A DNA stretch of 63,222 nt, the filler included, from Saprolegnia diclina VS20 (lineage: Eukaryota): assembly GCF_000281045.1 (NCBI RefSeq). It is 8 parts of 3 records of this genome, joined end to end, with 100 filler letters (N's around TTAATTAATTAA, not from the genome) between each part and the next. Parts side by side here need not be neighbours in the genome. Positions count along the whole stretch, not along the records: positions 1 to 22,275 come from NW_008246122.1; 7 more parts are not named here. One strand, given 5' to 3'. How positions within the stretch are numbered: the stretch's first letter is position 1; each line of letters begins with the position of its first letter. The notes under the pieces are model-generated. The model was not told the DNA's origin. It made no database searches and worked only from the letters and a program-made list of their open reading frames with translations. A program made the translations under genes and the position numbers. Shown piece after piece: positions 9,516 to 21,181 of the stretch.

Positions 9516-11777
9516 ATGCTGTGCCCGACTCGGTGCTATATCGCGGGCGTGCTCAGCTACGTGCTGCTTCTATCGACGCTCGCGACGGCCAAAGTCGCGC
9601 CACGCGTCCACCGGCACTTGGCCGTGTACGACACCATGGACATCTTTGTGACGTTTACGAGTCACCAAGCAGCACTGGACCGCGTGGCATCGACGCCGGC
9701 GCACCGCGACCACCGGACTCGCGTCTTCGAAGCGCTGCGTGACCACGCGATTGCGTCGCAAAAGGCGGCGCTGGCGCTTCTGCACGACCACACTAGTAAG
9801 TCTTTTTGGATCAGTTGCAGCGCTGTCGTGCACAACGCGTCGGCATCGATCGTCGCGGCGCTCGCCTTGCTCGCCGACGTCGTTACGATCGAACCAATCT
9901 CGGTGGTCGAGCTCGATCCGGTGCTGGCGGGTGTCGATGACAACACGACGTCGACGGACGTCGAGTGGGGTGTGGCGACGATTGGCGCGCCGGCCATGTG
10001 GCCAATCACCAACGGATCCGGTATCGTCGTCGGCTCGATCGACACGGGCGTACGCCATTCGCACGAAGCGCTCAAAAGCAACTGGCGCCGCCACCGGGGC
10101 TGGTACGACCCGTACAACCGCACGCGTCTACCAAGCGACGATACGGGCCATGGCACGCACACGACGGGCACGATGGTGGGTCGTCACGGCATCGGCGTTG
10201 CCCCCGGCGCGCAGTGGATTGCGTGCAAAGGACTTTTGAACGGCCGCGGGACGTCGGCGGCGCTGCTCGAGTGCGCGCAATTCATGCTATGCCCAACGTA
10301 CTCCGACGGCAACCACCCCGATTGCAGCCAAGGCGCCGATGTCGTCAACAACTCGTGGGGCGGCGCGACGTTCCACCCGTGGTTCGAAGGCGCAGTTGCT
10401 GCGTGGCACAAGGCGGGTATCACGCCGGTCTTTTCAATTGGCAACAAGGGCCCAGCGTGTGCGAGTGCTGGCAACCCTGGCGGGTACCCCAACGTCCTTT
10501 CAGTCGGCGCCGTGGGCTCCCACACAAACGACCCGTCGCAGCTCGCATACTTTTCGGCCAAAGGCCCCGCCACGTATAAAGATCGTCGTGGTGTCGTGTC
10601 CAAGCTCATCAAGCCGGTCGTGGCTGCACCCGGCTTTTTCATTCGGTCCGCCAAGTTCACGGGCAACCACCGCTACGGGCAGCTCGCAGGCACAAGCATG
10701 GCCGCACCGCATGTCTCGGGCATCGTCGCGCTCCTGAAGAGCCACGACCCGGCGCTCACGTACGACGACATTTACAAACTCGTCACCGAAACCACCGAGC
10801 GCGCGTCGTTGCAACCGGAGCCTACGACGTGGGCCATGCCATGCAACGTGACGGCGCCGGGCGCTTTCAACTGCGGTGGCACGCCCGATACGACATGGCC
10901 CAACAACCGGTATGGCTACGGCCGCGTGAGCGTCACCAACATGATGCGTCACCTTGACGCAGCGACTCTGGTGTCGGCACCGTTTCCAGTCGTCGCCCTC
11001 GCTCGCGTTGCGCTGCCCGACGCAACGCCGGTGCCAATCGCGTTGGTGACGTACACGAAGCAGGTTTTGGCAGCGTGGGACGACTGTCTCATCACCGACA
11101 CGGTGCACAACACAACCCACGAGCGATTTTATTACGACGCTCACCGTCAAGTGCTTCAGTCAGAGCATCTTCATGGTCACTGCCTCGACGTGATCCACGA
11201 CGTTGTAGTGCAATGGAAGCCCTGCAACGATGCGGCGCGGTCGCAGAAATGGCGACTGGAAGATGACCACATTGCGTCCGTGTTGTTACCAGGGTCGTGC
11301 GTCGACATCCAGACGCCCGGTCCACGCGTGACGCTGGCGCCGTGCGAGCCATTCGCGCTCACCCAGTGGTTTCGATCGACAGTGACGACGGAGCTACAGT
11401 CGCCACGTGCGACCATATTTGTGCGACTGACGACCAAGGACCGCCGCGTGCTCGCGCGTGACGGGCATGACGTGGCGTCGCGCAGGGCTCTCGATACCAT
11501 TTACGAAGTCTTTGAGTATGACGCCCACACGCAGCTGCTTCAAACGGGTGACACGACTGCGCCACTGTGCTGGACCGCGCACGGCACGTCGCTGCAGCTT
11601 TTGCCGTGCGACGCATCGGCGACGTCTCAAGAGTGGACGATCGATGGTACGCACCGTCGTCTCCGTCAAGGCGAGTGGTGCGTCGAGGTGGCGCCCAACC
11701 GTGTCGAGGTTCAGCTGGCACGGTGCCAGTACGCTCACGTCGGGCAGTGGATCGACGCAATCTATGTGTCTGTCTAG
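9516..11777 (+). CDS. Secreted subtilisin (S8A) with C-terminal ricin-B lectin domains
   Basis: Hydrophobic N-terminus; IDTG, GHGTH, GTSMAAPH; C-terminal CLD and QxW repeats (SQKW, TQWF, SQEW, GQWI). Confidence 0.92.
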   Translation: MLCPTRCYIAGVLSYVLLLSTLATAKVAPRVHRHLAVYDTMDIFVTFTSHQAALDRVASTPAHRDHRTRVFEALRDHAIASQKAALALLHDHTSKSFWISCSAVVHNASASIVAALALLADVVTIEPISVVELDPVLAGVDDNTTSTDVEWGVATIGAPAMWPITNGSGIVVGSIDTGVRHSHEALKSNWRRHRGWYDPYNRTRLPSDDTGHGTHTTGTMVGRHGIGVAPGAQWIACKGLLNGRGTSAALLECAQFMLCPTYSDGNHPDCSQGADVVNNSWGGATFHPWFEGAVAAWHKAGITPVFSIGNKGPACASAGNPGGYPNVLSVGAVGSHTNDPSQLAYFSAKGPATYKDRRGVVSKLIKPVVAAPGFFIRSAKFTGNHRYGQLAGTSMAAPHVSGIVALLKSHDPALTYDDIYKLVTETTERASLQPEPTTWAMPCNVTAPGAFNCGGTPDTTWPNNRYGYGRVSVTNMMRHLDAATLVSAPFPVVALARVALPDATPVPIALVTYTKQVLAAWDDCLITDTVHNTTHERFYYDAHRQVLQSEHLHGHCLDVIHDVVVQWKPCNDAARSQKWRLEDDHIASVLLPGSCVDIQTPGPRVTLAPCEPFALTQWFRSTVTTELQSPRATIFVRLTTKDRRVLARDGHDVASRRALDTIYEVFEYDAHTQLLQTGDTTAPLCWTAHGTSLQLLPCDASATSQEWTIDGTHRRLRQGEWCVEVAPNRVEVQLARCQYAHVGQWIDAIYVSV

Positions 11778-11899
11778 TCGATATTGCACTTTATTTTTTG
11801 CAAATAGTGTTGATTTCTGATGAAATAGCTGGTTATACAAGTTGTTGGGAAAACACATTTATATTGGAGTATGTCACACTTTAAACGAGACATGGCGAT

Positions 11900-13366
11900 T
11901 TAGCACGCGCTGGGGTTGGGGAGCTTGCCACCCGCGAGGATGTTGGTGACGTTGACGCGGCCGTAGCCATAACGGTTGTTGGGCCACGCCTTGTCCGAGA
12001 CACCGCCGCAGTTGGGCGCGCCGGGGTACGTCGTATGGTTCTTGTCGCGAAGGACCCACTTCGCAGGCTCGGCGGTCAAGACGTCCTTGACCGTCGTCGT
12101 CGTCAGGTACCGGTAGATCTGGTTGTACGTAAGACCGTGCTGCGCCGACTTGATCAAAGCAACGACACCAGCGACATGGGGCGCCGCCATCGACGTGCCG
12201 GCGTAGTAGTCGTAGAAACCATCGCCGACGTTGACGGCCGAGTACGTAAAGAAGCCGGGCGCCGAGATATCAGGCTTGACGATCGTGTGCTTCTTGCCAG
12301 TGGCATCCTGGTACTGGGCCGGGCCCTTGGACGAGAAGAATGCGAGCTCGTTCGGTTCGTCGTCGTACGAGCCAACGGCGCCGACCGCGATGACGTTGCG
12401 GTAGCTGGCCGGGTTGCCGGCCGTCGCGCAAGCGGGGCCTTCGTTGCCGTTGGCAAAGATGGGCGTGATGCCAGCCATGTGCCACGCGTCAATGACGTCA
12501 GCGAACCACGGGCTCGTGTCGGTGTCACCGCCCCACGAGTTGTTGACGAGGTCCGCGCCCTTGGTGCAGTCCGGGTCCGAGCCGTCCGGCTTGGTCGGGC
12601 ACACCATAAACTGCGCGCACGTCAAAAGCGACTCGTCGTCGCCGCTCTCTTCGTAGAGACCGCGGCACGAGATGAACTGCGCCTCGGGGGCAACACCGAT
12701 ACCATAGTCACCGACCATCGTACCGATCGTGTGGGTACCGTGGCCACCGAGATCTTCAGGAAGCGCCGTCTGGTTGTACGGGTCGTACCAACCACGGTCC
12801 GAGCGCCACTTGGACTTGATGGCTTCGTGCGTGTGACGCACACCCGTGTCGATCGAACCGATGACAACGCCCTTGCCCTTGGTGTACTTCCAGATAGCGG
12901 GCGCACCGACCGTGTCGACACCCCACTGGATGCCCGTCGGGCGGCCGTTGTCAGCAGGCGAGTTCTCCTTGCCCTTGATGACCGACGTGAGCTTGATGTT
13001 GCGGATCGACTCGACCTTCTCGACGTTGTTGAGCGAAGCAACCTTGTCGAGCGTGGCCTTGTTGGCGTTCTTGATCGAGACGACCGGCGCGATCCAGTAG
13101 CTCTTGACTTCGGCGCCGGCGCCAATCGTCGCAGCAATCGCCGACGCGCGCTTGGTCGACTCGATCGTGGCGGCGGCGACGAACTTCTCACGGCGCTCGG
13201 CCAAGTTGGAGATCAACTCGTAGTTCTCAAACGACTCGGTTGCGTCCTTCTTGAAGGTCACCATGACCGAGGACGAGCCCGTGGTTTCGAGTTCGCGGAG
13301 GACCGAGCTCGCGATCTTGGCGTGGGCAACGGCCGCAAGGGCAGCGACAGCGACAATGACCTTCAT
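11900..13366 (-). CDS. Secreted subtilisin (S8A), close paralog of 5703-7163
   Basis: ATG 13366 MKVIVAVAALAAVAHA; full triad; same C-terminus PNPSAC. Confidence 0.95.
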   Translation of the reverse strand: MKVIVAVAALAAVAHAKIASSVLRELETTGSSSVMVTFKKDATESFENYELISNLAERREKFVAAATIESTKRASAIAATIGAGAEVKSYWIAPVVSIKNANKATLDKVASLNNVEKVESIRNIKLTSVIKGKENSPADNGRPTGIQWGVDTVGAPAIWKYTKGKGVVIGSIDTGVRHTHEAIKSKWRSDRGWYDPYNQTALPEDLGGHGTHTIGTMVGDYGIGVAPEAQFISCRGLYEESGDDESLLTCAQFMVCPTKPDGSDPDCTKGADLVNNSWGGDTDTSPWFADVIDAWHMAGITPIFANGNEGPACATAGNPASYRNVIAVGAVGSYDDEPNELAFFSSKGPAQYQDATGKKHTIVKPDISAPGFFTYSAVNVGDGFYDYYAGTSMAAPHVAGVVALIKSAQHGLTYNQIYRYLTTTTVKDVLTAEPAKWVLRDKNHTTYPGAPNCGGVSDKAWPNNRYGYGRVNVTNILAGGKLPNPSAC

Positions 13367-13373
13367 GGCGGTG

Positions 13374-13388
13374 TAAATTGTAAAGTGA
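13374..13388 (-). promoter_or_regulatory. Oomycete Inr+FPR core promoter
   Basis: Reverse complement TCACTTTACAATTTA just upstream of ATG 13366. Confidence 0.75.
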
Positions 13389-14674
13389 GGTTGGCGCTCT
13401 CGTCGTCGACGCCGTCGGCGAAATCTGAGTTGCCCTTTGCCACATGTTGAGTTTAAACAGATGGCAACGACCAGCCGCATCTTGGGTGCGTGGATCGACC
13501 GCATCTACCTTGCTCGTCCAGAGGAAGGGCCTTGATAGCAAGCTTGGGTTCTACCAGTATAGTTACCGAGCTTTTACATCAACCATACTGCCAGTGCAAA
13601 GACAGAAATGCCACCGACGAACACGTCCATGCACAAGTGGGCAACAAGGAAACGGTATTGGACCTCGACCGCACAATGTCCAACACCAGATCTGATTTCG
13701 ACCCCGTGTTTATAATCTGTGAGGTGGGCGGCAGTGTCGCTACGACCATGGCAGTAATAGCGTCGACAAGTCGCTTGCCGGCTACCGTGGGTCCAACCTC
13801 GGTTCGCCTTTGATCAGTTGAAGCGTGTGGCTCGTCTGCGTGTTCAGATTTCATTCGCATCGCATCTGAGCGCAGCCTCGTCCAGACCTCGTAGTACCAA
13901 TAACTGAGTCGCTAAGGTGAGTTGATGCAGGGACTCGAAAAGCGGCATAGGGTTGCCGCCAATTCGCTCCGTGCTATGCACGGTTGGGTGCCATCGGCTC
14001 TTCCTTGCAGCAGCGCGAGAATCGAACGCGCAGCCGCTGCGGATACTCACAGCGTGTCTTGCGCCTGTTGGACGACTGCAGCTCGTGTGTAATCGTACGC
14101 AAATCAGATTCGGTCGAGCCGGCTGGTCGAGCTGCCACCTGGGATTGGCAGATCAGATTGCCACCCGAAACCAAGCAGAAACCTTGGTATACGCATAGCC
14201 TTTTATATTTGATGCCATTTTCATGTTTAAGGGCCCTATAAAACCCCTAAGAACCGATCATTTGTCATAAATAATCATACTAGGGAGTAGCCAATAGGAG
14301 GCCACAATGCGGAATCTTTGGCTGCAAACACCAAGCTCCGTTGATGACGGTACTACCAGCTGACGGAACCAGAATTTCAGCGCCAGCTACGACAATTGCA
14401 CAGCACTTGGACGCCCCGGCTGCATCACTTGACTCTCCGTTGAGCCCTAGCCTATTCCTTGCAAGTCGACCGCAGGATCGCAGTGAGCGTTAGGCCAGTA
14501 ACGTCGTATGGTCCCCTTTTCGTTAACAAGAAAAGAGTGTAGAGTATCGAGTAGGTCCATCGTTTGGACAACCACGAGCATGGCCTTCGATCCCGTCGTG
14601 CGACTTCGATATATTGATACATACATGTTGATATTTTTTTAGTTTGATGCGGCGCGTCTAGCCCATTTGGACTA

Positions 14675-16840
14675 CTACAGGGGCTTGATACGCCAGTGCC
14701 CGTCGATCAGGATCATGGTCATCCTCAAATCCGCGTCTTCGTGCCACAAATGGGTTGCGTCGTCGTCGTACACGGTTGCAACCGCGGGTCCGAGCGATCG
14801 CAAGAAAGGCGGAACCTTCTTGCGGCCATGGCGCAGCGCAGCCTCCTCAACGACCGACGTCCAGCCAACGTTAAGGACGTCGTGCAGATGCCGAAGCATG
14901 TCGAGATGCCCGTGTGACGCCGCGCGGATCATCATGCGCTCCGACACGCGCGCCGGCAGCCGCGTGCGCAGATCGTCGGCGAATGCATCGTACACCAACT
15001 GCAAGAGGTCGACGCGGCCGCTTCGAGCAGTTGTCACGAGCAGCATATGCAGGTAAATGCCATCGGCGTCGTCGTTATGGGCGGACGCAAAGGCGTCAAG
15101 TGACCAGCAACGAGTCACGAGCACGTACGTGACGGTGTCGATGCTGCAGTTCCAAACCGCATCCAAGATCGGGCGGTGCTTGCACGAGGACCCGTAGCGT
15201 TCGCGGAGGTGGCGCACGACGTGAATATGACCGTTGGCCACGGCGTCGTCGATCGCTTGGGGTGGCACCGTGTGACCGCGAGCGACAAGGAGCTCAAGGA
15301 TCTCGAGGTGGCCTTGACTGGCCGCCCAGTGCGCCGCCGGCCCCGTGACGTAACCCACGGACGCGTTCCTGCGGCCGTCAACCCGTGGCAGCGCCGCTGA
15401 GGTCCGGGAAGGCTCGTCGACCGGGTCGTCGGCATCGCTCGTGGGAACATCCAGTAGGTACGTCACCATGGCGGTATCTCCCACGTACGCTGCTGTAGCG
15501 AGTGCGGCTTGGGTCCGGCACCGACCAACGACTTCATGGAGCCAGCGCACAACGTCCAAATGCCCGGCAACAGCGGCAAGCGCCATGGCGTCTTTGCCGC
15601 AGCCATCCCGCCGGTGCGTGTGCAGCCAATCCAGCACGCCAAGATGCCCGCGGTACGCCGCGTAGACGATGGCGCGATCCGACCCGACGCGGAGCCGGCT
15701 CTCGTGCAAGAGCTTCAGCGAGGTCATATCACCGTTGAACGCCGCGAGTTCCATCACATTCGAGTCGACCCACCGACCGCCCCAACGAGGACGGGGGTCG
15801 TCATGTCGAATCCGGCGCATTTGGAGCGGTGCGTCTGGCGGGAGCCACTCGTCGTGGTCGCTGGGGCCTCGCGCATGCTCTTGCGATACACACTGAAGGA
15901 CATGACGCAGCATTGCGTGGTCTTGCTTGGCGACGGCCAGCTGCAGCAACGCATGCGGTGTCTGCTGTACGAACCCGCGCGCTTGAAAATGCTCCAGCGC
16001 AGCAAGGCCCATTGTGTCCACCATGGTAACGAACGCCGCGATCGTCAACGGACCAGCGCTCTCGGTGGCGACGTCGACGGCCTCGAGGTGCGTCGTTCCT
16101 TTGATGCGATGCGTCAAGTGGTGGCGATGCGGCACGTCAAAGTCGAGCGACATATCGATTCCTTCAGTGCGCTCTGCGAGAAGGTACCGCACGATGCGCG
16201 CGTGGCCATGCACGACGGCCGCCGTAGCCGCGACGATCGAGCCGCCCTCGGTGCGGTGCGAGTGCAAAAATTCAACGACCTCCTCGTGACCGTTCATCGC
16301 TGCGCCGTCCATTGCAAATACTGTGCACGTAGCACCCGCTTCATGCAGCCACGTAAGCAGTGGACCATCGCCCGACATGGCCACGAGGTCCATCATCTTG
16401 GGCGTGGCCAGCGTCGGAAACTGCGTGAAGAGCAGACGCAACAACGGACCTTGGGACGCGGCCGCGGCCAGCTCGAGCGTGGCCGACGTGCACAGCGAGG
16501 GATCGAAGCGCAGCCAGCGCATGACAAGCGCCACGTTGCCTTCGACGACGAGACAATGGAGACCGAGCGCCCGGTCGTACATGCACGGCGACACAAAGAG
16601 CGCGTGGTGCGGCAGCTTGGTGCTTGGGTGCGGGTACCGCTGAAGGTAGGGCAATGATGCGAACCGCGCCGGGACGTTGGCGAGGTACGCTGTCGCGTCA
16701 ACAAGGAACGACATCAAACAAGGCGTGAGCTCGACGGCGTCGGCGAGGCGCTGGACATCCATGAGAGCTTTGGGCAGACCATCTTGGTACGCGGTCACAG
16801 CGGCGACAAGGTCAGACGACCGTAGCACAGGCGAGGCCAT
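14675..16840 (-). CDS. Ankyrin-repeat protein
   Basis: Likely start MASPVLRSSDLVAAVTAYQDGLP at 16840; repeats AMDGAAMNGHEEVVEFLHSHRTEG, YAAYRGHLGVLDWLH, AAVAGHLDVVRWLH. Confidence 0.88.
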   Translation of the reverse strand: MASPVLRSSDLVAAVTAYQDGLPKALMDVQRLADAVELTPCLMSFLVDATAYLANVPARFASLPYLQRYPHPSTKLPHHALFVSPCMYDRALGLHCLVVEGNVALVMRWLRFDPSLCTSATLELAAAASQGPLLRLLFTQFPTLATPKMMDLVAMSGDGPLLTWLHEAGATCTVFAMDGAAMNGHEEVVEFLHSHRTEGGSIVAATAAVVHGHARIVRYLLAERTEGIDMSLDFDVPHRHHLTHRIKGTTHLEAVDVATESAGPLTIAAFVTMVDTMGLAALEHFQARGFVQQTPHALLQLAVAKQDHAMLRHVLQCVSQEHARGPSDHDEWLPPDAPLQMRRIRHDDPRPRWGGRWVDSNVMELAAFNGDMTSLKLLHESRLRVGSDRAIVYAAYRGHLGVLDWLHTHRRDGCGKDAMALAAVAGHLDVVRWLHEVVGRCRTQAALATAAYVGDTAMVTYLLDVPTSDADDPVDEPSRTSAALPRVDGRRNASVGYVTGPAAHWAASQGHLEILELLVARGHTVPPQAIDDAVANGHIHVVRHLRERYGSSCKHRPILDAVWNCSIDTVTYVLVTRCWSLDAFASAHNDDADGIYLHMLLVTTARSGRVDLLQLVYDAFADDLRTRLPARVSERMMIRAASHGHLDMLRHLHDVLNVGWTSVVEEAALRHGRKKVPPFLRSLGPAVATVYDDDATHLWHEDADLRMTMILIDGHWRIKPL

Positions 16841-17592
16841 TATCGTCGGCGCGATGCAAAACGAACGAGTCCAACTGCATGCCGTTCGATTGTGGCATAT
16901 CCGGATTTGCCGGATAATAAAATAGAAGCTGAAAAATAGAGCCAAGCTCGTTCGGCGAGATCGGTGTCGCCATCGTGCGAGGGCGGCGCTCGGGCGAATC
17001 AACAAACTGAAAATGCTGGCCTCTGGTCGAGTTGCATAGTCTAGTGGGCTCCACCCGACCGCTACCACATGCGGCAGAGACCAGGACACACGAAGATCGT
17101 GACGCCACACGTTCGTCAAAGATGGTTTTTTTGGTTTCAGGCGTTGGAACCAACCGACATGAGGACTCCAGTGGCTGTTATCACCAGCCCTCGATGGCGA
17201 TGGCACCTCACGAGGATGACGTCTTGTCCTTTCCCAGTGCCAGTGGACGAGTTTACACTTCACACAAGTCTCCTTCATTTCTATATGGTTTTTACCTCGG
17301 CTTCCCTCGCCCAGCTCAGGGCTTCACTCGCCCACCTCTGCGGCCAGCCACCGATATTTTCGTTGCACCCAGAGCAAAACCATCGAAGACATCGTTGCTC
17401 CCACCAAGCATATCTAGCGCGTGCACAGGTGCGTGTCGAACTCTTCCATAATAGCCCAGGACTGCACGGTCACAGTTTCCTGTCGTCCAAATACGGTGCG
17501 ACAATGCGATTCATGTATGGAATCAAAAAGGGTGTATTACTTGATACAATACCAGTATAAACTCAAAGATGCTAAAGAATAGCAACGGCTGC

Positions 17593-19839
17593 TTAGTACT
17601 GGACGGCATCGATCCACTGGTTGGTGTTCCAGTCGTGGCACTCCCACACCTGCGCCGCGTGCGTCGGGTTGGTCGGGTCCACGTCCAAGCACAAGTTGTT
17701 GTGCGTCGCGTGCTTGATCTTGTGGTTGCCGGCATCGATGATCCACTTCTGGTTGCCGTTGGTAGCGTCGCACGCGTACGTGTGGAGACCAAACTTGTCA
17801 CCGTCGCGGAAAGCGTCAAGGCACTCGCCGTTGCTGGCGACCTGGAGCGTCTTGGCATTGTTGTCGTACGTGAAGAGCTCGTTGACCGAGTCCGAGACCC
17901 AGTCGGCGTAGACGCCCGAGTAAAACTCGGAGATGACCTTGTTGTTCTTGGTGATGAGCTTGACGTAGCTCTTCTCCTTGACGTTGTCGCACTGGTCAAA
18001 GTACTGGCTCACGGCGCTGGGCGAGCACGGGGCGACGCTGGGGCCGGCACCGAGCTTGGCGGCGTTGGAGGTCAAGCAAAAGCCGGACTGGGGATGGACG
18101 ATGCGCTTGGCGACCGTGTCAAACTTCCAGATCTGCGTGGCGTCACCGGTGCACTTGGCAAGCGCGACCGAGTTGGTGTTGGTGGCGTCCTTGATGAGCG
18201 ACAAGCAGCCATCTTCCGAGCTCGCCGACTGGATGATGTTGTTCTTGAGGTCGATGACGAAGCCCTCGTTCTTGTTGTTCTTGATCGTGTCGACGAAGAG
18301 CTGGCTGTTCCACTCGGAGAGCACCGTCTTCTTGTACGTGCACAACTTGGCGCTCACGGGCTCGGGGGCCGGCGCCTTGGTCGTCGGCGCGGGCGTCGTG
18401 ATCGAGACAAACTTGCCATCCTTGAGGATGTTGGCCACGTTGACACGGCCGTAACCATAACGGTTGTTGGGCCACTTGGTGTCGTCGACGCCGCCGCAGT
18501 TGGGCGCACCCGGGTAGATGTCGGTGCCGTTCTTGTTGTTGGGCACGACCCACTCCTTGGGCTCGCCCTCGAGCATCTTTTGGTCGGCGGTCTGCGTCAA
18601 GTAGGCGTAGATTTCTTCGTACGTCAAGTCGATCTTGGCCGACTTGAGGAGTGCGACGACACCGGCGACATGCGGCGCCGCCATCGACGTACCGGCGAGG
18701 TACTTGACCGCCGAGTCGCCCGTGTTGTAGGCCGAGAGCGTAAAGAAGCCGGGCGCCGAGATCGTCGGCTTGACGACCGTCTGCTGGACGTTGTGCGCAT
18801 CAATGTACGTGCCAGGGCCCTTGGACGAGAAGTACGCAAGCTTCGTCGGCTCGTCGTCGTACGAGCCAATCGCACCGACCGAGATGACGTTGGGGTACGT
18901 GCCGGGGTTACCGGTCGTGCCGCAGGCCGGGCCGCTGTTGCCGTTGGAGAAGATGGGCGTGATGCCAGCCTTGCGGAGGGCGGCGACCGCTTCTTCGTAG
19001 ACAGGGTTGAACTTGGCGCTGCCCCACGAGTTGTTGATGACGTGGGCGCCCTTGGAGCAGTCGGGGTGCGTGCCGTCCGTGCGCGTCGGGCACATCATAA
19101 ACTGAAAGCACTGGATGAGCGCCTGCGACGAGCCGCTCTTGATGTACAAGCCGCGGCACGAGATCCACTGCGCACCCGGCGCGACACCATAGCCGTCCTT
19201 GCCGGTCATCGTACCGATGGTGTGCGTACCGTGGCCACCGAGATCTTCCGGGAGTGCGGTCTGGTTGTACGGGTCGTACCAGCCACGGTCGGCGCGCCAC
19301 GAGTCCTTGATCAAGTTGTGCGTGTGGCGCGCACCCGTGTCGATGGAGCCAATGACCACGCCCTTGCCGTTGAAGTTCTTCCACACGTCCGGGGCGCCGA
19401 CCGTGTTGACACCCCACTGGTTGGTGATGTTGGCCGCCGGCGCGTCAACCTCCTTGGTCAAAAGCGGTTCGAGCTCAATGTCCGGGAGGTGCTCGACCGA
19501 CTTGATCGCCTTGCTTTGCGAGAGCTTGGCGATGAGGTCTTTGTCGGCGCCGTCAATGAACGCGCCCGTGACGAGCCACGTGGGCGTGACCTTGTAGCCG
19601 GCCGTGAGGGCTTCGATGCTCTTGTGGCCTGTGGTCGTGACATCCGAGAGGATCTCAAAGACCTCTTGGCGCTCAAGCGGCTTGTTCTCGAGCGTCGCGG
19701 CTTCGAGGGCCGCGGACGGGTCGGCAAAGCGCACAAAGACATCCGACTTGCCGTTGACTTCGAGCTGGCGGAGGACCGAGCTAGCGACCTTGGCCGAGAC
19801 CGTGGCCGCAGCCGTCGCAAGGATGAGGAAGGCCTTCAT
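17593..19839 (-). CDS. Secreted subtilisin (S8A) with P/T linker and tandem ricin-B lectin domains
   Basis: Signal peptide; IDTG, GHGTH, GTSMAAPH; TTPAPTTKAPAP linker; CLD and QxW repeats (TQIW, NQKW, AQVW). Confidence 0.95.
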   Translation of the reverse strand: MKAFLILATAAATVSAKVASSVLRQLEVNGKSDVFVRFADPSAALEAATLENKPLERQEVFEILSDVTTTGHKSIEALTAGYKVTPTWLVTGAFIDGADKDLIAKLSQSKAIKSVEHLPDIELEPLLTKEVDAPAANITNQWGVNTVGAPDVWKNFNGKGVVIGSIDTGARHTHNLIKDSWRADRGWYDPYNQTALPEDLGGHGTHTIGTMTGKDGYGVAPGAQWISCRGLYIKSGSSQALIQCFQFMMCPTRTDGTHPDCSKGAHVINNSWGSAKFNPVYEEAVAALRKAGITPIFSNGNSGPACGTTGNPGTYPNVISVGAIGSYDDEPTKLAYFSSKGPGTYIDAHNVQQTVVKPTISAPGFFTLSAYNTGDSAVKYLAGTSMAAPHVAGVVALLKSAKIDLTYEEIYAYLTQTADQKMLEGEPKEWVVPNNKNGTDIYPGAPNCGGVDDTKWPNNRYGYGRVNVANILKDGKFVSITTPAPTTKAPAPEPVSAKLCTYKKTVLSEWNSQLFVDTIKNNKNEGFVIDLKNNIIQSASSEDGCLSLIKDATNTNSVALAKCTGDATQIWKFDTVAKRIVHPQSGFCLTSNAAKLGAGPSVAPCSPSAVSQYFDQCDNVKEKSYVKLITKNNKVISEFYSGVYADWVSDSVNELFTYDNNAKTLQVASNGECLDAFRDGDKFGLHTYACDATNGNQKWIIDAGNHKIKHATHNNLCLDVDPTNPTHAAQVWECHDWNTNQWIDAVQY

Positions 19840-19866
19840 GCTTGTGTTGGATGAAGTCGTACAATG

Positions 19867-19881
19867 GAAATTGTAAAATGA
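19867..19881 (-). promoter_or_regulatory. Oomycete Inr+FPR core promoter
   Basis: Reverse complement TCATTTTACAATTTC upstream of ATG 19839. Confidence 0.8.
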
Positions 19882-21151
19882 GGCAATGCTTGCCGCGAGG
19901 GCACTGGGCGTGACGAACGACGTATGGCGTCCTTTTTAAACAGATGGAGGTAGCAACTCAGAAACAAGACAGATGGAGAGAGTGGGACTTTGGGACGACA
20001 TTTCAGAGAAGGCACGGCCGCTTGTTTTCGTAGTGTATCCACTTGAAAACCTGAAGTTGTCGGCACAGTGTACACGAATATGCGCAAGAAAACCCCATAT
20101 TGGATTTAACGTCACGAGGTCGGTAGAGTCGTGCGCAGTTCAAACTGCAAGCCACATACCACTGGTCTAGTACCTTCGTCGATCATGCCGGCGAGAATAC
20201 GTCGCGCAATACGCCTGTGAGACGACTCATCGATGCGCTTTTGGGTCAGGCGCACGTCAATGCGTGCTCAGAGAGGCGCGCGTCTCTGTGCTTGACAAGA
20301 TGGAGCTTGCACGCGATTATACCGCCGCACTGATTCGATGCACTGCCGTTAGTACAGGTAGTCGCGAGCGAATGTCTGCTGTAATCATAGCGGAGCTTGT
20401 CAGCGCAGACAAGTACAAGCCGGTCGCAGACGAGACACGGATCAGGATGATCAGCGCCGTTGTAACCCTCGATTTCAATTCGACAGTTCGACCTCAGGGA
20501 GGACACGCATCCGCTGTCGTAGGCCGGTCGTGCCAAGCGTCGTGCAAAGAAAGAGGGGTACACGCAATATAGATACCCCGTCTTCACCCCGTCTTGTTGC
20601 GCTCGTGCGAACGACGAAGCGACACGAAACACTCATATGTACCCAGCATCGCTTGCTTTTGACAACCAATTGCGGATCAGACAGTAAATGGTGCGTCGTC
20701 GGTGCACCTATCAGCGTCATCTGAGAAGCACCCTTCTCATTCTAAGATGCACGGGTGTGATAAGAAGCGCGCGATGGATAAGACATCATTGGTCATATCT
20801 TGCCTCTACGAACGGCGAGTTTGCACTTTGCCTTTGAGAAGTGCTTTAGAGGATTTGATTACACGCTGCGGAATGAGTCTCAGGAGTGGATGGAATAGGC
20901 GCATTACGTACGAAACATGGGTTGGGTCGCAGTTTGTACTAGATGTGCGCATACGATGTCGTACACTAAACCTTACGACATGCTAAGGGACGAAAACTGT
21001 GTAACACACATCGTTGAAGAACCGATCTGATGTTCAAATTGAGAAGGGACCCAAACCAGTTTGCCTTTCTGATTGAAATCAGATCGCGTGTTTGACGCAC
21101 CCAGCTGGCCCAACAGATGGTCGTGGACGGCTCCGCACGTCCGAGATCCGC

Positions 21152-21166
21152 TCATTTTACAATTTC
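21152..21166 (+). promoter_or_regulatory. Oomycete Inr+FPR core promoter
   Basis: TCATTTTACAATTTC 30 nt upstream of ATG 21182. Confidence 0.8.
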
Positions 21167-21181
21167 AGTTGTACTCGAACG

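Noticed and set aside
16841..17278. N-terminal ORF extensions (also 2445-2561, 5586-5702, 13367-13504, 21092-21181)
   Set aside because: They run through promoter, Inr or CCAAT sequence; downstream ATGs match paralog starts and signal peptides.
17569..19854. Long antisense ORFs (761 aa here; also 5688-6893, 12035-13450, 21152-22267, 40732-41850, 43377-44645, 59422-60648)
   Set aside because: Shadows of GC3-rich genes on the opposite strand; no independent motifs.
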